Notes under the pieces: generated by a model | Database searches by the model: none | Told to the model about the DNA's origin: nothing | What the model saw: only the letters and a program-made list of their open reading frames with translations | Part shown: positions 23,441-32,885 of the stretch, piece by piece | Layout: every line of letters begins with the position of its first letter | Numbering within the stretch: position 1 is the stretch's first letter | NCBI GenBank assembly: GCA_036149055.1 | Contig: JAYZQJ010000182.1 | Span: 32,001 to 96,000, forward strand | DNA length: 64,000 bases | Origin: Myxococcota bacterium | GTDB taxonomy: Bacteria > Myxococcota_A > Polyangia > Polyangiales > Sandaracinaceae | Reading direction: 5' to 3' | Program-made: the position numbers and the translations under genes

Positions 23441-24676
23441 CTAAGAGCGGATCCCGCGGCGAGCGGCGTAGCGCGCGCGCGTCTCGAGCGAGGCGACGGC
23501 CGGCCGGTCCGGGCGGGAGAGCGCGGAGAGGACGGGATCGAGGGCGCGGACCGTCTCCTCGACGTGGCGCTCGGTGTGGGCCGCGGAGGGGCACTGGGCG
23601 TCGTCCTGGAAGAAGAGCACGCCCGCCTGGACCGCGGCGTCGAAGAAGCGGGCCTCGTCGGCGGGGTCGGCGAAGAGGAAGGTCGGCATCGAGGGCGGCC
23701 CGAGCACGTGGGCGTGCACCCCGTGGCGCTCGAAGGCCGCGTCCATCGCCGACGAGAGCGCCGCGCCGACGCGCGCGAGGGCGGCCTGCGGGCGCTCCGC
23801 TTCGGTCAGGTCGAGGCAGACGCGGGCCGCGGCGAGCGAGGCGGCCTCGCCGTAGTAGGTGCCGAAGACGAAGGTGCGGGCGCTCGCCGCCATCACGTCG
23901 GCGCGGCCCCCGACCGCGGCCAGCGGGTAGCCGTTGGTCAGGCCCTTGCTCAGGCACACGAGATCGGGCGTGACCCCGAAGGCGTCGTGCGCGCCGCCGA
24001 TCGCGAGGCGGAAGCCGCAGCGCACCTCGTCGACCAGCAGGAGCGCGTCGGCCGCGCGCGCGAGCCGGGCCACGTCGCGGAGCCACGCCGCGTCGAGGAA
24101 CGCCGGCTCGGGGCTGACGAGCACCGCCGCGACCCGGCCGTCGAGCGCGTGGAGCGCCCCCTCGAGCGCGGCGAGGTCGTAGCCGAAGTCGGCCACCCCG
24201 GCCTCGCGCTCCGCCTCGAGCGCGCCGCCCGAGACCCGCTCGTCCCAGCCGTGGTAGCCGCTGCTGAGGATCCAGCCGCGCCCGGTGAAGACGCGCGCGA
24301 GCCGGATCGCGATCGCGACCGCGTCCGAGCCGTTCTTGGCGAAGGCCGTCGCCTCCATCGGCGGGAGGAGGCGCGCGAGCCGGGTCGCGACCGCCTCGTA
24401 GTCGGGGCTCAGCCCGGGGAGCAGCTGCCCGCGGCGGGCCGCGTCGAAGGCCGCCCGGTCGATCTCCTCGCGCGCGTGGCCGAAGACCAGCGGGCCCTTG
24501 CCCATCACCCAGTCCAGATAGCGGCGGCCGCTCGCGTCGAACGCCTCGACCCCGGCCGCGCGCTCGAAGACCGGCGGGTAGGCGGCCGCGTGGCCGGCGC
24601 GCATGTAGGCCATCACGCCGCGCGGGACGTGCGCGAGGCCGTCGAGCGCGGCCGCGGTTCGCTGCCAGTCGTCCAT
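23441..24676 (-). CDS. Class III PLP aminotransferase (glutamate-1-semialdehyde aminomutase-like)
   Basis: YLDWVMGKGP..FGH, KNGSDA, GYHGW, DEVRCGFR, PDLVCLSKGLTNGYP. Confidence 0.88.
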   Translation of the reverse strand: MDDWQRTAAALDGLAHVPRGVMAYMRAGHAAAYPPVFERAAGVEAFDASGRRYLDWVMGKGPLVFGHAREEIDRAAFDAARRGQLLPGLSPDYEAVATRLARLLPPMEATAFAKNGSDAVAIAIRLARVFTGRGWILSSGYHGWDERVSGGALEAEREAGVADFGYDLAALEGALHALDGRVAAVLVSPEPAFLDAAWLRDVARLARAADALLLVDEVRCGFRLAIGGAHDAFGVTPDLVCLSKGLTNGYPLAAVGGRADVMAASARTFVFGTYYGEAASLAAARVCLDLTEAERPQAALARVGAALSSAMDAAFERHGVHAHVLGPPSMPTFLFADPADEARFFDAAVQAGVLFFQDDAQCPSAAHTERHVEETVRALDPVLSALSRPDRPAVASLETRARYAARRGIRS

Positions 24677-24722
24677 CGCCCCTCCCTTACACGCCCGTGA
24701 TGGGCGATGCTACGAAGCGAAG

Positions 24723-25874
24723 ATGCGCGTGCTGCACCTCGCCGGCGAGTATCCCCCGGCGCGCATCGGGGGGATCTCCACGTTCCTGGAGAACGTGGCC
24801 ACCCGGCAGGCGCGGACCCACGAGGTCGGAGTGCTGGTGGTGCGCGGCGAGCGCTACGCCGACGATCCCCCGACCGCGCGAGACGGGGTGCGGGTCGTGA
24901 CGCGGGACGTGGACTTCGGCGCGCTCGAGGGTCGCACGGTGATCGACGGCGCCGAGGCGCGGGCGGCGCTGCGCCTCGACGGCTCCGCGTTCTGGAGCGC
25001 GCCCTTCGACGTGCTGCACGTGCACGACTGGTACGGGGCGCTGCCCGCGCTGGCCTTCTCGACGCGCTCGAGCACGGTGAGCTCGAGCACGGTGCTGACG
25101 AGCGCGCACCTGCCGATGCGCTTCGGTTTCACGTACGCGAACCACGCGGTGCCGCTCCGCGCGAAGCTCCGGCTCGAGACCCTCGGCCTCCGGCTCGCCG
25201 CCCGGGTCCTCGCCCCGAGCCGCTACGTCGCCGCGCTGCTCGAGCGGGAGTACGACGTCGACCCCGACCGGCTCGGGGTGGTGCTCAACGGGGTCGACCT
25301 CGAGACCTTCTCCCCCGGCGCAGAGGCGCGCGCCGAGGCCCCCACCCTGCTCTCGGTCAGCCGGCTCGCCGAGCAGAAGGGCCTCGACCTGCTGCTCGCG
25401 ACCTTCGCCGCCGTGCGCGCGGCCCGCCCCGACGCGCGGCTCGAGATCGTGGGCGACGGCCCGGCGCGGCCCGCGCTGGAGGCCGAGCTGACCCGCCGCG
25501 GACTGACGGAGGCGACCACCCTGCACGGCTACGTGCGCCACGGCGCGCTGCCCGCCCTCTACCGGCGGGCCCACGTGTTCGTCAGCGCCTCGATCTACGA
25601 GCCGTTCGGGCTGACCACCCTGGAGGCGATGGCCTGCGGCACCCCGGTGGTGGCCTCCAGCCTCGGCGGCGCGCCCGAGTTCGTGCGCGACGGGGAGGAC
25701 GGCTTCGTCCGGCCGCCGCACGAGCGCGGGCTGGCCGAGGCGACGCTGCGGGTGCTCGGCGGCGACCTCGAGGCGATGGGGCGGTCGGCGCGGGCGCGCG
25801 CGGAGGCGCTCTCCTGGGACCGGGTCACCGAGGCGATCGAGCGCGAGTACGACCGCGCGCGGGGGGCCCGATGA
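24723..25874 (+). CDS. Glycosyltransferase family 4
   Basis: EYPP..IGG, HVHDW, NGVD, SRL.EQKG, YEPFGLTTLEAMACG. Confidence 0.92.
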   Translation: MRVLHLAGEYPPARIGGISTFLENVATRQARTHEVGVLVVRGERYADDPPTARDGVRVVTRDVDFGALEGRTVIDGAEARAALRLDGSAFWSAPFDVLHVHDWYGALPALAFSTRSSTVSSSTVLTSAHLPMRFGFTYANHAVPLRAKLRLETLGLRLAARVLAPSRYVAALLEREYDVDPDRLGVVLNGVDLETFSPGAEARAEAPTLLSVSRLAEQKGLDLLLATFAAVRAARPDARLEIVGDGPARPALEAELTRRGLTEATTLHGYVRHGALPALYRRAHVFVSASIYEPFGLTTLEAMACGTPVVASSLGGAPEFVRDGEDGFVRPPHERGLAEATLRVLGGDLEAMGRSARARAEALSWDRVTEAIEREYDRARGAR

Positions 25875-27028
25875 CCCGCGACGTCGCCCTCGTCTGGCAC
25901 GTGCACCAGCCCTTCTTCGTGCCGGACGCCGAGGTCGAGGCCCAGCACCTCGAGAGCTACGCGCCGCTGCTCGCGCTCCACCGCGAGCTCGACGTGCCCT
26001 TCACCCTCAACGTCTGCGGCGGGCTGCTCGACCGGCTGGCGACCCTGGCCCCCGATTGGGTGGAGGCGACGCGCGCCGACGCCGAGGCCGGGCGGCTCGA
26101 GCTGGTCGCCTCGGGCAAGTTCCACCCGATGCTGCCGCTCCTCCCCCACGAGCGAGCCGAGCGACAGATCGAGGCCGACCTCGAGAGCAAGCGCGCGAGC
26201 CTGGGTGCCCGGCCGCGAGGCTTCTGGCCGACCGACCTCGGCTGGGCCCACTGGCTGGTCCCGCTCCTGGCCGAGCGCGGTCTCGAGTGGGTGGCGGTCG
26301 ACAGCGCGGCCGCGGTGGAGGGCTCGGTGCGCCCGACCTGGCGCGAGGACGTCACCCGAGGCCACCGCGTGCTGGCTCCCGAGCTGTCGCCGCTGGTCGC
26401 CGCCCAGGAGCTCGGCCAGGTGCACCGGCTCCGGTTCGGCGACCACACCGTGCACGCCCTGCTCCGCCACCACGCGCTCAGCTGGGATCTGGTCGACGCC
26501 CAGACCGGCGTGCTGCACCGCCCGGACCGCCTCCCCGCCTTCCGGGCCGCGGTCGCCGCGCACTTCGACTCCGGCGCCGATCTCCTGGTGCTCGGCGACG
26601 ACGGCGAGCGGGTGCGCCCGCGGACCCTGTCGAGCTACCGGGCGTGCCTCGAGGCGCTCCGCGAGGACGGCGTCCGGTTCGTGCGCGGGAGCGACGCGGT
26701 GGACGCGCGCCGAGCCGGGGCGAGCGAGCGCTACCTCCCGGCCGGCACGAGCCTCGTCGACTTCTCCGCCTGGACGACGACCCCCGACGACCACGTCTGC
26801 CTCGCCCAGCTCCGCGCGGTGCAGGATCGCTGGGTGCGCCTCTCCCAGAGCGCGACCGCGAGCGGCCACACCCGCCGCCTCGAGGCGCTCGCCGCGATCG
26901 ACGCCGAGCTGCTCCCCTGCGAGGACGCCGCGCTCACCTTCTGGAAGTACCTGCGCCGCACCCGCGAGCCCTTCCTGGTCCGCCTCCACGCCCTCCGCGA
27001 AGCGCTGCGCCGAGCCGAAGCCCTGTGA
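25871..27028 (+). CDS. Glycoside hydrolase family 57-like protein
   Basis: WHVHQP, SY.PLL, ELVASG.FHPMLPL, GFWPTD, DDGE; ATGA overlap with GT4. Confidence 0.8.
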   Translation: MTRDVALVWHVHQPFFVPDAEVEAQHLESYAPLLALHRELDVPFTLNVCGGLLDRLATLAPDWVEATRADAEAGRLELVASGKFHPMLPLLPHERAERQIEADLESKRASLGARPRGFWPTDLGWAHWLVPLLAERGLEWVAVDSAAAVEGSVRPTWREDVTRGHRVLAPELSPLVAAQELGQVHRLRFGDHTVHALLRHHALSWDLVDAQTGVLHRPDRLPAFRAAVAAHFDSGADLLVLGDDGERVRPRTLSSYRACLEALREDGVRFVRGSDAVDARRAGASERYLPAGTSLVDFSAWTTTPDDHVCLAQLRAVQDRWVRLSQSATASGHTRRLEALAAIDAELLPCEDAALTFWKYLRRTREPFLVRLHALREALRRAEAL

Positions 27029-27079
27029 GGGTTTGGGGATGGGGAAGCTCGTCCCCGCACCTCCCATCCCGCTGCCCCC

Positions 27080-27199
27080 CTCTGCGCCTCTGCGAGAAAT
27101 AAATTGCCCCCGAATCGCCGCTGAGCGAGAGGAACCCGGCGGCGAGCCACCACCCCGCCGCCCCCCAGCCCCCTTTGCGGCTCTGCGGCTTTGCGAGAG
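27080..27199. repeat. Copy of intergenic repeat family
   Basis: CTCTGCGCCTCTGCGAGAAA…GGAACCCGGCGGCGAGCC…CTTTGCGGCTCTGCGGCTTTGCGAGAG. Confidence 0.8.
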
Positions 27200-27217
27200 C
27201 AAAAAAGCCCAAAGGGG

Positions 27218-28063
27218 CTAAGGCAACGAGATCCCCCGCTCGGCGCGGCGGGCGGCGAGCTCGCTCTCGGTGGCCTGCCAGGGAACGGCGCGCGGCGGAT
27301 CGAGCGGGGTGGGCGTGGTCTCGAAGTTCAGCACCAGCGCCGGGCGCGCCGCGGCGGCTCGGTTGACCCCGCTGCCGTGGATCACCCGGCAGTGATGCAC
27401 GGTGGCGCCGCCGACCGGGAGCGGGCAGCGCACGACGCGGGAGGGATCGATCGCGACGCCGTCGAGCTCCAGGCCGTGCACCGCCGGATCGCCGCCGACC
27501 CGGCGGTGAGGGGCGAGGGCGTCGGCGAGGTGCGAGCCGCGCACGAACTCCATGCAGCCGCCGTCCGGCAGGACGCCGTGGAGCGGCACCCAGATCGCGA
27601 TCGCCTCGTGGCGGTGCGCCGGCTCCCAGAACGCCTCGTCCTGATGCCACGGGGTCGCCGCGCCGCCGCCGCCCGGCTTCTCCATGTAGTGCGAGCCCCG
27701 GTAGAAGAGCGGCGCCCCGAGGAGATCACGGGCGAGCCGCGCGCCGCGGTGGAAGAGCGCGGTGTCGAAGAGCGCGGGCTCGTAGTCGAACGGCAGAAGC
27801 TGCTGCAGGAGGCGCGGCGGGCCCTCCGCGTCGGCCCCGGCCCTGGACGCGGCGAGGTAGTCGAAGCGCATGCCGTCCGCCTCGGGCTCGGGGCGGCGGA
27901 GCAGCGCGTCGACCAGCGCGCGCAGCCGGGCGATCTCCGCCGGCTCGAGCAGGGCCTCGAGGGCGAGGAAGCCGTCCGCGTGAAAGCCCTCGCGCTCGGC
28001 GGCCGAGAGCAGCGGCGCCTCCTCCGGCTGCACCGGCCGGCCGAGCTGGAGCGGCGGCTTCAC
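27218..28063 (-). CDS. Phytanoyl-CoA dioxygenase (PhyH) family Fe/2-oxoglutarate oxygenase
   Basis: FHADGFL, TPWHQD, IWVPL, GCMEFVRGSH, HGSG.N, RPAL; GTGA overlap with upstream gene. Confidence 0.88.
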   Translation of the reverse strand: MKPPLQLGRPVQPEEAPLLSAAEREGFHADGFLALEALLEPAEIARLRALVDALLRRPEPEADGMRFDYLAASRAGADAEGPPRLLQQLLPFDYEPALFDTALFHRGARLARDLLGAPLFYRGSHYMEKPGGGGAATPWHQDEAFWEPAHRHEAIAIWVPLHGVLPDGGCMEFVRGSHLADALAPHRRVGGDPAVHGLELDGVAIDPSRVVRCPLPVGGATVHHCRVIHGSGVNRAAAARPALVLNFETTPTPLDPPRAVPWQATESELAARRAERGISLP

Positions 28064-29361
28064 TCGACGAACCGGGGCGAGGGGCCGGCCGCGGCGACCG
28101 GCGCGCGACGGATCATGCGCCGCTTGCCGGTGGGCGCCTTCTCCAGCCGATCGACCCGGGCCACGGTGAGGGCGACGCCGGGGCAGCGCTCGGCGAAACG
28201 CGCGCGCACCGCCGGCTCGATCGCGCTCGGGTCGGGGCGGGAGGTCGCGAAGTCGAAACGCGCCTTGGCGCCGTCGAAGGTGATCGCGTACTGCTCGAGG
28301 CCGTCGATCCCGCCGTAGGGCTCGAGCAGCTCGCGCGGGGTGCGCCGGCCGCCGCCGGGCAGGTCGACCACGTCGGCCACCCTCCCCTCGATGCCCTCGA
28401 TCATCGGCAGCGTGCGGCCGCAGGCGCAGCGCCGGTCGGAGGCGACGACGAGGTCGCCGAGCTCGTAGCGCACGAGCGGCATCATGCGGTTGATCAGCCC
28501 GGTCACGACCGCGCGCCCGACCTCTCCCGGGCGGACCGGTCGGTCGTCGTCGTCGAGCACCTCGAGGATCACGCTGTCGGCGTCGACGTGGTAGCCGCGG
28601 CGCGCCGCGCACTCCCAGGCCATGCGGTTGAACTCGCTGGTGCCGTACTGGTCGTAGACCGGGGCGCCGACCCGCTCCTCGATGGCGGCGCGCATCGAGC
28701 GCGGGAGCAGCTCGGCGTGGCTGACGATGCCCCGGGGCGCGGCGCGGCGGAGGCGGTCGCCGAAGCGCTGCGCCAGCGGGTAGAGGCTCGTGGGGTGGTA
28801 GTACCACCAGATGCCGGGGTTCTGCTCGAGGATGAGGAGCTGGCTCTCCTCGTCGAGGTGCGCGGGCACGCCGACCTTGAGCATCAGCCCCGCCCGCGAC
28901 ACGCCGCGGCGAGGCAGCGGCGCGCCCCAGAAGTAGGCGAGCGAGATGCGCGGGTCGTAGCCGACGGCGTGCAGCGCCCGGAAGTAGAAGCCGTCGAGCC
29001 GCGCCCAGGAGGCGGGGTCGGCGTGCACCTCGAGCGGGGGCCCCCCCGACGAGCCGCCCGAGCGGCGGATGTGCGCGCGGCGCTGGTGGAACAGGGGCAG
29101 GTGCGGGCGCGCCACCAGCGACTCCGGCGCCTCCTCGAGGACCCGCCGGTCGGGGATCGGGAAGCGCGCGAGATCCTCGAGGCGCTCGACGTCCTCCGCG
29201 CGCACCCCGGCGTCGGCCCAGAGGCGCCGGTAGAATGGCACGTGATGCTGACAGTGCGCGAGCACCCGCTTCAGCCGCGCGAGGCGCAGCGCCCGGAGCG
29301 CGTCCGGCGGCAGCCACTGCGCGCCGAGCGCGCTGCCGACCCAGTAGAGAGAGCGCAGCAT
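28060..29361 (-). CDS. Phenylacetate-CoA ligase-like (PaaK/CapK family) adenylate-forming enzyme
   Basis: HVPFYR, SGGSSGGP, YDQYGTSE, AWEC, MPLVRYELGD, CACGR, GRVAD, PTGKRR. Confidence 0.85.
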   Translation of the reverse strand: MLRSLYWVGSALGAQWLPPDALRALRLARLKRVLAHCQHHVPFYRRLWADAGVRAEDVERLEDLARFPIPDRRVLEEAPESLVARPHLPLFHQRRAHIRRSGGSSGGPPLEVHADPASWARLDGFYFRALHAVGYDPRISLAYFWGAPLPRRGVSRAGLMLKVGVPAHLDEESQLLILEQNPGIWWYYHPTSLYPLAQRFGDRLRRAAPRGIVSHAELLPRSMRAAIEERVGAPVYDQYGTSEFNRMAWECAARRGYHVDADSVILEVLDDDDRPVRPGEVGRAVVTGLINRMMPLVRYELGDLVVASDRRCACGRTLPMIEGIEGRVADVVDLPGGGRRTPRELLEPYGGIDGLEQYAITFDGAKARFDFATSRPDPSAIEPAVRARFAERCPGVALTVARVDRLEKAPTGKRRMIRRAPVAAAGPSPRFVE

Positions 29362-29461
29362 GAGCCCACCGGGATCTTGGGCCGAGCGCGTTCCCCCGTC
29401 GAGTGACGCCTCGCCCGGATTTGGTCGTCCGGGACCCGGCCCCGGAAGGTAGTCTCCCCGC

Positions 29462-30901
29462 ATGACCGACCTGACCCTCCGCTTCCACTCCGACGCCGAC
29501 ATCGTGGCCGATCAGGTCGTGCTCACCGGCCTCGAGGGCCGCGAGGCGCTGGGCGCGCCGTACGCCTACGAGCTCTCGCTCGAGGTCCGGGCCGACAGCG
29601 GGTGGAGCGAGGCGGTCATCACCGAGCTCCTGACCAAGCCGGCGCACGTCACCATCGCCCACGGCGAGCTGGGCGAGCACGAGCTCCACGGGGTGCTGCG
29701 CCGGATCACGCTCGAGCCGATGCTCGAGCCGGACCGCGCCCTCTACCGCGCGACCCTGGTGCCCTCGCTCGCGCGCCTCGAGCTGGCCTCCGGCTCGCGC
29801 ATCTTCCAGGACCTCAGCGGGCCGGACGTGGCGATGAAGGTCCTCGCCCAGCACGGGATCACCTTCGAGGCGCGGCTGAGCGAGACCTACCCGGCGCGCG
29901 AGTACATCGTGCAGTACGAGGAGAGCGACCTCGCGTTCGTGCAGCGCCTGCTCGAGCACTGGGGCGTGACCTTCTTCTTCGAGCAGCTGCCCGACGGCGA
30001 GAAGATGGTGCTCGTCGACTCGGCCTCCGCCTACCTCGCGCTCGAGGGCTGGGAGACGGTGCCCTACGCGCTGCGGGAGGCTGGCTCGCGGGCCCAGGCG
30101 GGCACCATTCACGATCTCTCGCGGACCCGCGAGGTGCGGCCGGCCAAGGTCGACCTCAAGGACTGGAACTGGCGCCACCCGCAGGTCGTGCCGGAGGGCG
30201 AGGCCGACGCGGACGTCGAGGCGGGCGAGGGGACCGTCCATGCCTACGGCGAGCACATCAAGGACCCGGCCGAGGGGGCGTGGCTCGCGCGGGTGCGGGC
30301 CGAGGCGCTGATGGCCGACGCGGTGCGCTACCGGGGCGGCACCGACCTGCCGGCGCTCTCCCCCGGGCACAAGCTCCTGCTCAGCGGCTACCCGAGCGGT
30401 GACCTCGACATCGACTACCTGATCGTGGCGGTGGAGCAGCGCTTCCCCGACGCGGAGGGCGGCTACGAGAAGCGCTTCGAGGCGATGCCGCTCGAGGTGC
30501 CCTTCCGCCCGCGGCGCGTCACGCCCAGGCCGCGCATCTCGGGCTTCATGCACGCGGTGGTCGACGGCGAAGTGGACGGCGCGGCCGCGCCGATCGACGA
30601 GCACGGCCGCTACAAGCTCCTGTTGCCCTTCGACCGGCTGGCCGAGCCGGGCGGCCGAGCCTCGCGCTGGGTCCGCATGTCGCAGGCGTCGAGCGGCCCG
30701 GACTACGGCATGCACCTGCCGCTGCACATCGGCTGCGAGGTCGCGCTGATCCACGTGGACGGCGATCCCGACCGCCCGGTGATCCTCGGCGCGGTGCCCA
30801 ACGCCGACACGATGAGCCCGGTCACCCAGCTCGACGCGACCAAGAGCCGCATCCGGACCCGGAGCGGCATCCTCGTCGAGATGGAGGACGCCGGCGAGTG
30901 A
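29462..30901 (+). CDS. vgrG: Type VI secretion tip protein VgrG/TssI, lacking C-terminal spike
   Basis: GREALGAPY.Y, RIFQD, REYIVQYEESDLAFVQRLLE.WG, PFRP.R.TPRP.I.G, DEHGRYK, WVRMSQ, EV…DGDPDRP.ILG; ends at RTRSGILVEMEDAGE. Confidence 0.9.
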   Translation: MTDLTLRFHSDADIVADQVVLTGLEGREALGAPYAYELSLEVRADSGWSEAVITELLTKPAHVTIAHGELGEHELHGVLRRITLEPMLEPDRALYRATLVPSLARLELASGSRIFQDLSGPDVAMKVLAQHGITFEARLSETYPAREYIVQYEESDLAFVQRLLEHWGVTFFFEQLPDGEKMVLVDSASAYLALEGWETVPYALREAGSRAQAGTIHDLSRTREVRPAKVDLKDWNWRHPQVVPEGEADADVEAGEGTVHAYGEHIKDPAEGAWLARVRAEALMADAVRYRGGTDLPALSPGHKLLLSGYPSGDLDIDYLIVAVEQRFPDAEGGYEKRFEAMPLEVPFRPRRVTPRPRISGFMHAVVDGEVDGAAAPIDEHGRYKLLLPFDRLAEPGGRASRWVRMSQASSGPDYGMHLPLHIGCEVALIHVDGDPDRPVILGAVPNADTMSPVTQLDATKSRIRTRSGILVEMEDAGE

Positions 30902-32824
30902 TCAGCTGAAGGACCAGTTGCCCTTGGCGGTGATCTTCGCCGCGGCCAGCCCGAGCTCCGACGCGCCCTGCTTCATCTTGATCTGCGTGCCCGACGCCTC
31001 GAGCGTCGCCGCGGCCGCGGTCAGCTCCGCCTTGCCCGCGCTCAGCTCGAGGGACGCGGTCGGCGCGCCGACGCTGACCGTGTTGGTCGCGGTGATCGAG
31101 ATGCCGGCGGTCGGGCTGAGCACGAGCTGCTGCGGGCCCGCCTTGAGCTTGATGACGCCGAGGGCGTCGATGGAGATCTCGCTCGCGCCCAGCGTGATCG
31201 TGTAACCGGTCACCGCCTCGTGCTCGACCGAGACCGCGCCGAGCGACATGGACTGCGTGATCGGGGTCGTCAGCGCGACGCCCGCGCTGCTGCCGATCGT
31301 GATGTCGCCGCCGTGCACGGTGACCGCGCCGCCGAGCCCGTGCGCGTTGGTCGACGCCTCGATCGCGACCTTGCCGCCGCTGGAGCTCGAGGCGTGCACG
31401 TTGATCTCGGACCCGGCGTTGAGGTTCACGTTGCCGGTGGACCCGGTGATGTTGACGTCGTCGATCGCCCAGATCGTCGCGTCGATGACGGCGAACATCG
31501 TCGGGTAGAGCGAGATGAGGCCGATGCCACCGACGCCGTAGATGGCGGTGTACGCCGGGCTGAAGATCGAGACGCCGGCGGCGCCGAAGATCGTCGCGCC
31601 GGGCAGCGCGCCCGCGGCGCCGCAGATCCCGACGATGGGGGCGCCGGCGGCGACGATGCTGCCGAAGATCTCGAGGCCGCGCTTGCCGTACCCCGAGGAG
31701 TCCCAGTCGTCCTTGGTGCTCTTGATCGCGTCGACGGCGAGGCCCACGCCGACCGCGATGTCGAGCGCGGTGAAGATGGTGGCCATCGTGTCGATGACCG
31801 CCGTGTCGGGCGCCTTGGCGATCCCGCTCCCCGACCCATCCAGCGGCAGACCGGCGGTGACGACCACGCCGCCTTCACCGGAGAGGTAGCTGGTGCCCCG
31901 CGAGCTGAGGATCGACGAGCCCGAGCCGTTGTTGTGGAGCCACACGTGGCTGTCGTCGTCGCTGCCGCCGTCCGACCAGAGGACGATGTCGTCGCCGGCC
32001 TTGCCGAAGAGCCTCCCGCTCCGCGCGTGGAGGTAGACGTTGGAGTCGGTGTCGAGGCCGCAGCCGTCGATGTAGGTCTGGAGCGAGGAGTCGGAGACGC
32101 CGCGCCCGAGGTAGAGGCGCGAGGTGTCGTACGGGACCTCGACCTTGTACCGGGTCGAGCCCGCGGTGTCGCTGGTGCTGGTGTACTGGGTGGCGTCGGC
32201 CGCGGCGTCGGCGGTGGCCTGCGCGCTCGCCGCCGCCTCGAGCGCCTCGGCGTCGGAGTCCTCGATCCCGGTGCCGCTGAGCGTCACCGTCTCGCTGCCG
32301 ATCGCGAGCGACGCCGAGTAGGCGGTCGCGGCGGTGGGATCGAAGCGCACGAAGAGCTGCTGGGGGATGCCCGTCGACGGGAGCTGCGTGGGGTCCACCG
32401 TGAACGGCGCCGCCGGGCTCAGCGTCAGGCTCGCCCCGGTCGAGTTCGTGACCGAGAGCGTCGTCACGCCGGTCGCGCCGACCAGCACCGAGCCGAAGTC
32501 GAGGCTCGACGCGCCGACGCTGAGCGAGGCGGTGGTGGTGCCCGAGAGGCTCGCGCTCGCCACCACCGTGGACGTGCCCTGCTCGACGAGCTCCAGCGTG
32601 CCGCGGTGCTCGCCTTCGGAGGAGGCCGCGTATTCGACGTACACGGTGGCGCTCTCGCACGGCGCCACGGTCACTTCGGCGAGCAGCGCGAAGCCGTCCC
32701 CCGTCACGCGCGCCGAGACCGGGGGCCCGCCGGCTTCGTTCGTGGCGACGAGCTGCGCGACGGCGCTCGTCCCGAGCGGGACCGGGCCCAGGGTGGCGGA
32801 CGACGGCGAGAGGGAGGCGCTCAT
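30902..32824 (-). CDS. Ig-like (ASH/choice-of-anchor D) domains fused to VgrG/gp5-like beta-helical spike
   Basis: SLDFGSV.VG…LSVTN…FDPT…SLAIG…LSGTG Ig repeats; C-terminal short beta repeats (TITLGASEISID..G.IKLKAG, IKMKQGASEL…ITAKG). Confidence 0.6.
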   Translation of the reverse strand: MSASLSPSSATLGPVPLGTSAVAQLVATNEAGGPPVSARVTGDGFALLAEVTVAPCESATVYVEYAASSEGEHRGTLELVEQGTSTVVASASLSGTTTASLSVGASSLDFGSVLVGATGVTTLSVTNSTGASLTLSPAAPFTVDPTQLPSTGIPQQLFVRFDPTAATAYSASLAIGSETVTLSGTGIEDSDAEALEAAASAQATADAAADATQYTSTSDTAGSTRYKVEVPYDTSRLYLGRGVSDSSLQTYIDGCGLDTDSNVYLHARSGRLFGKAGDDIVLWSDGGSDDDSHVWLHNNGSGSSILSSRGTSYLSGEGGVVVTAGLPLDGSGSGIAKAPDTAVIDTMATIFTALDIAVGVGLAVDAIKSTKDDWDSSGYGKRGLEIFGSIVAAGAPIVGICGAAGALPGATIFGAAGVSIFSPAYTAIYGVGGIGLISLYPTMFAVIDATIWAIDDVNITGSTGNVNLNAGSEINVHASSSSGGKVAIEASTNAHGLGGAVTVHGGDITIGSSAGVALTTPITQSMSLGAVSVEHEAVTGYTITLGASEISIDALGVIKLKAGPQQLVLSPTAGISITATNTVSVGAPTASLELSAGKAELTAAAATLEASGTQIKMKQGASELGLAAAKITAKGNWSFS

Positions 32825-32885
32825 GGCGGAGAGAGTACCGGTCGAGCCGGCTCTCGTGGGCGGGGATCTCTGCTAGCTTCGCGCC

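Noticed and set aside
23441..24676. Calling the aminotransferase hemL
   Set aside because: Divergent and in a glycosylation-like context; GSA-like paralog more likely, so no symbol given.
27218..30754. 1178-aa minus-strand ORF
   Set aside because: Antisense/shadow of vgrG and the PaaK-like gene; only 27218-28063 (PhyH) is credible.
29462..30901. Prophage or complete T6SS/eCIS cluster
   Set aside because: No sheath, tube, baseplate, PAAR or phage genes in the window.
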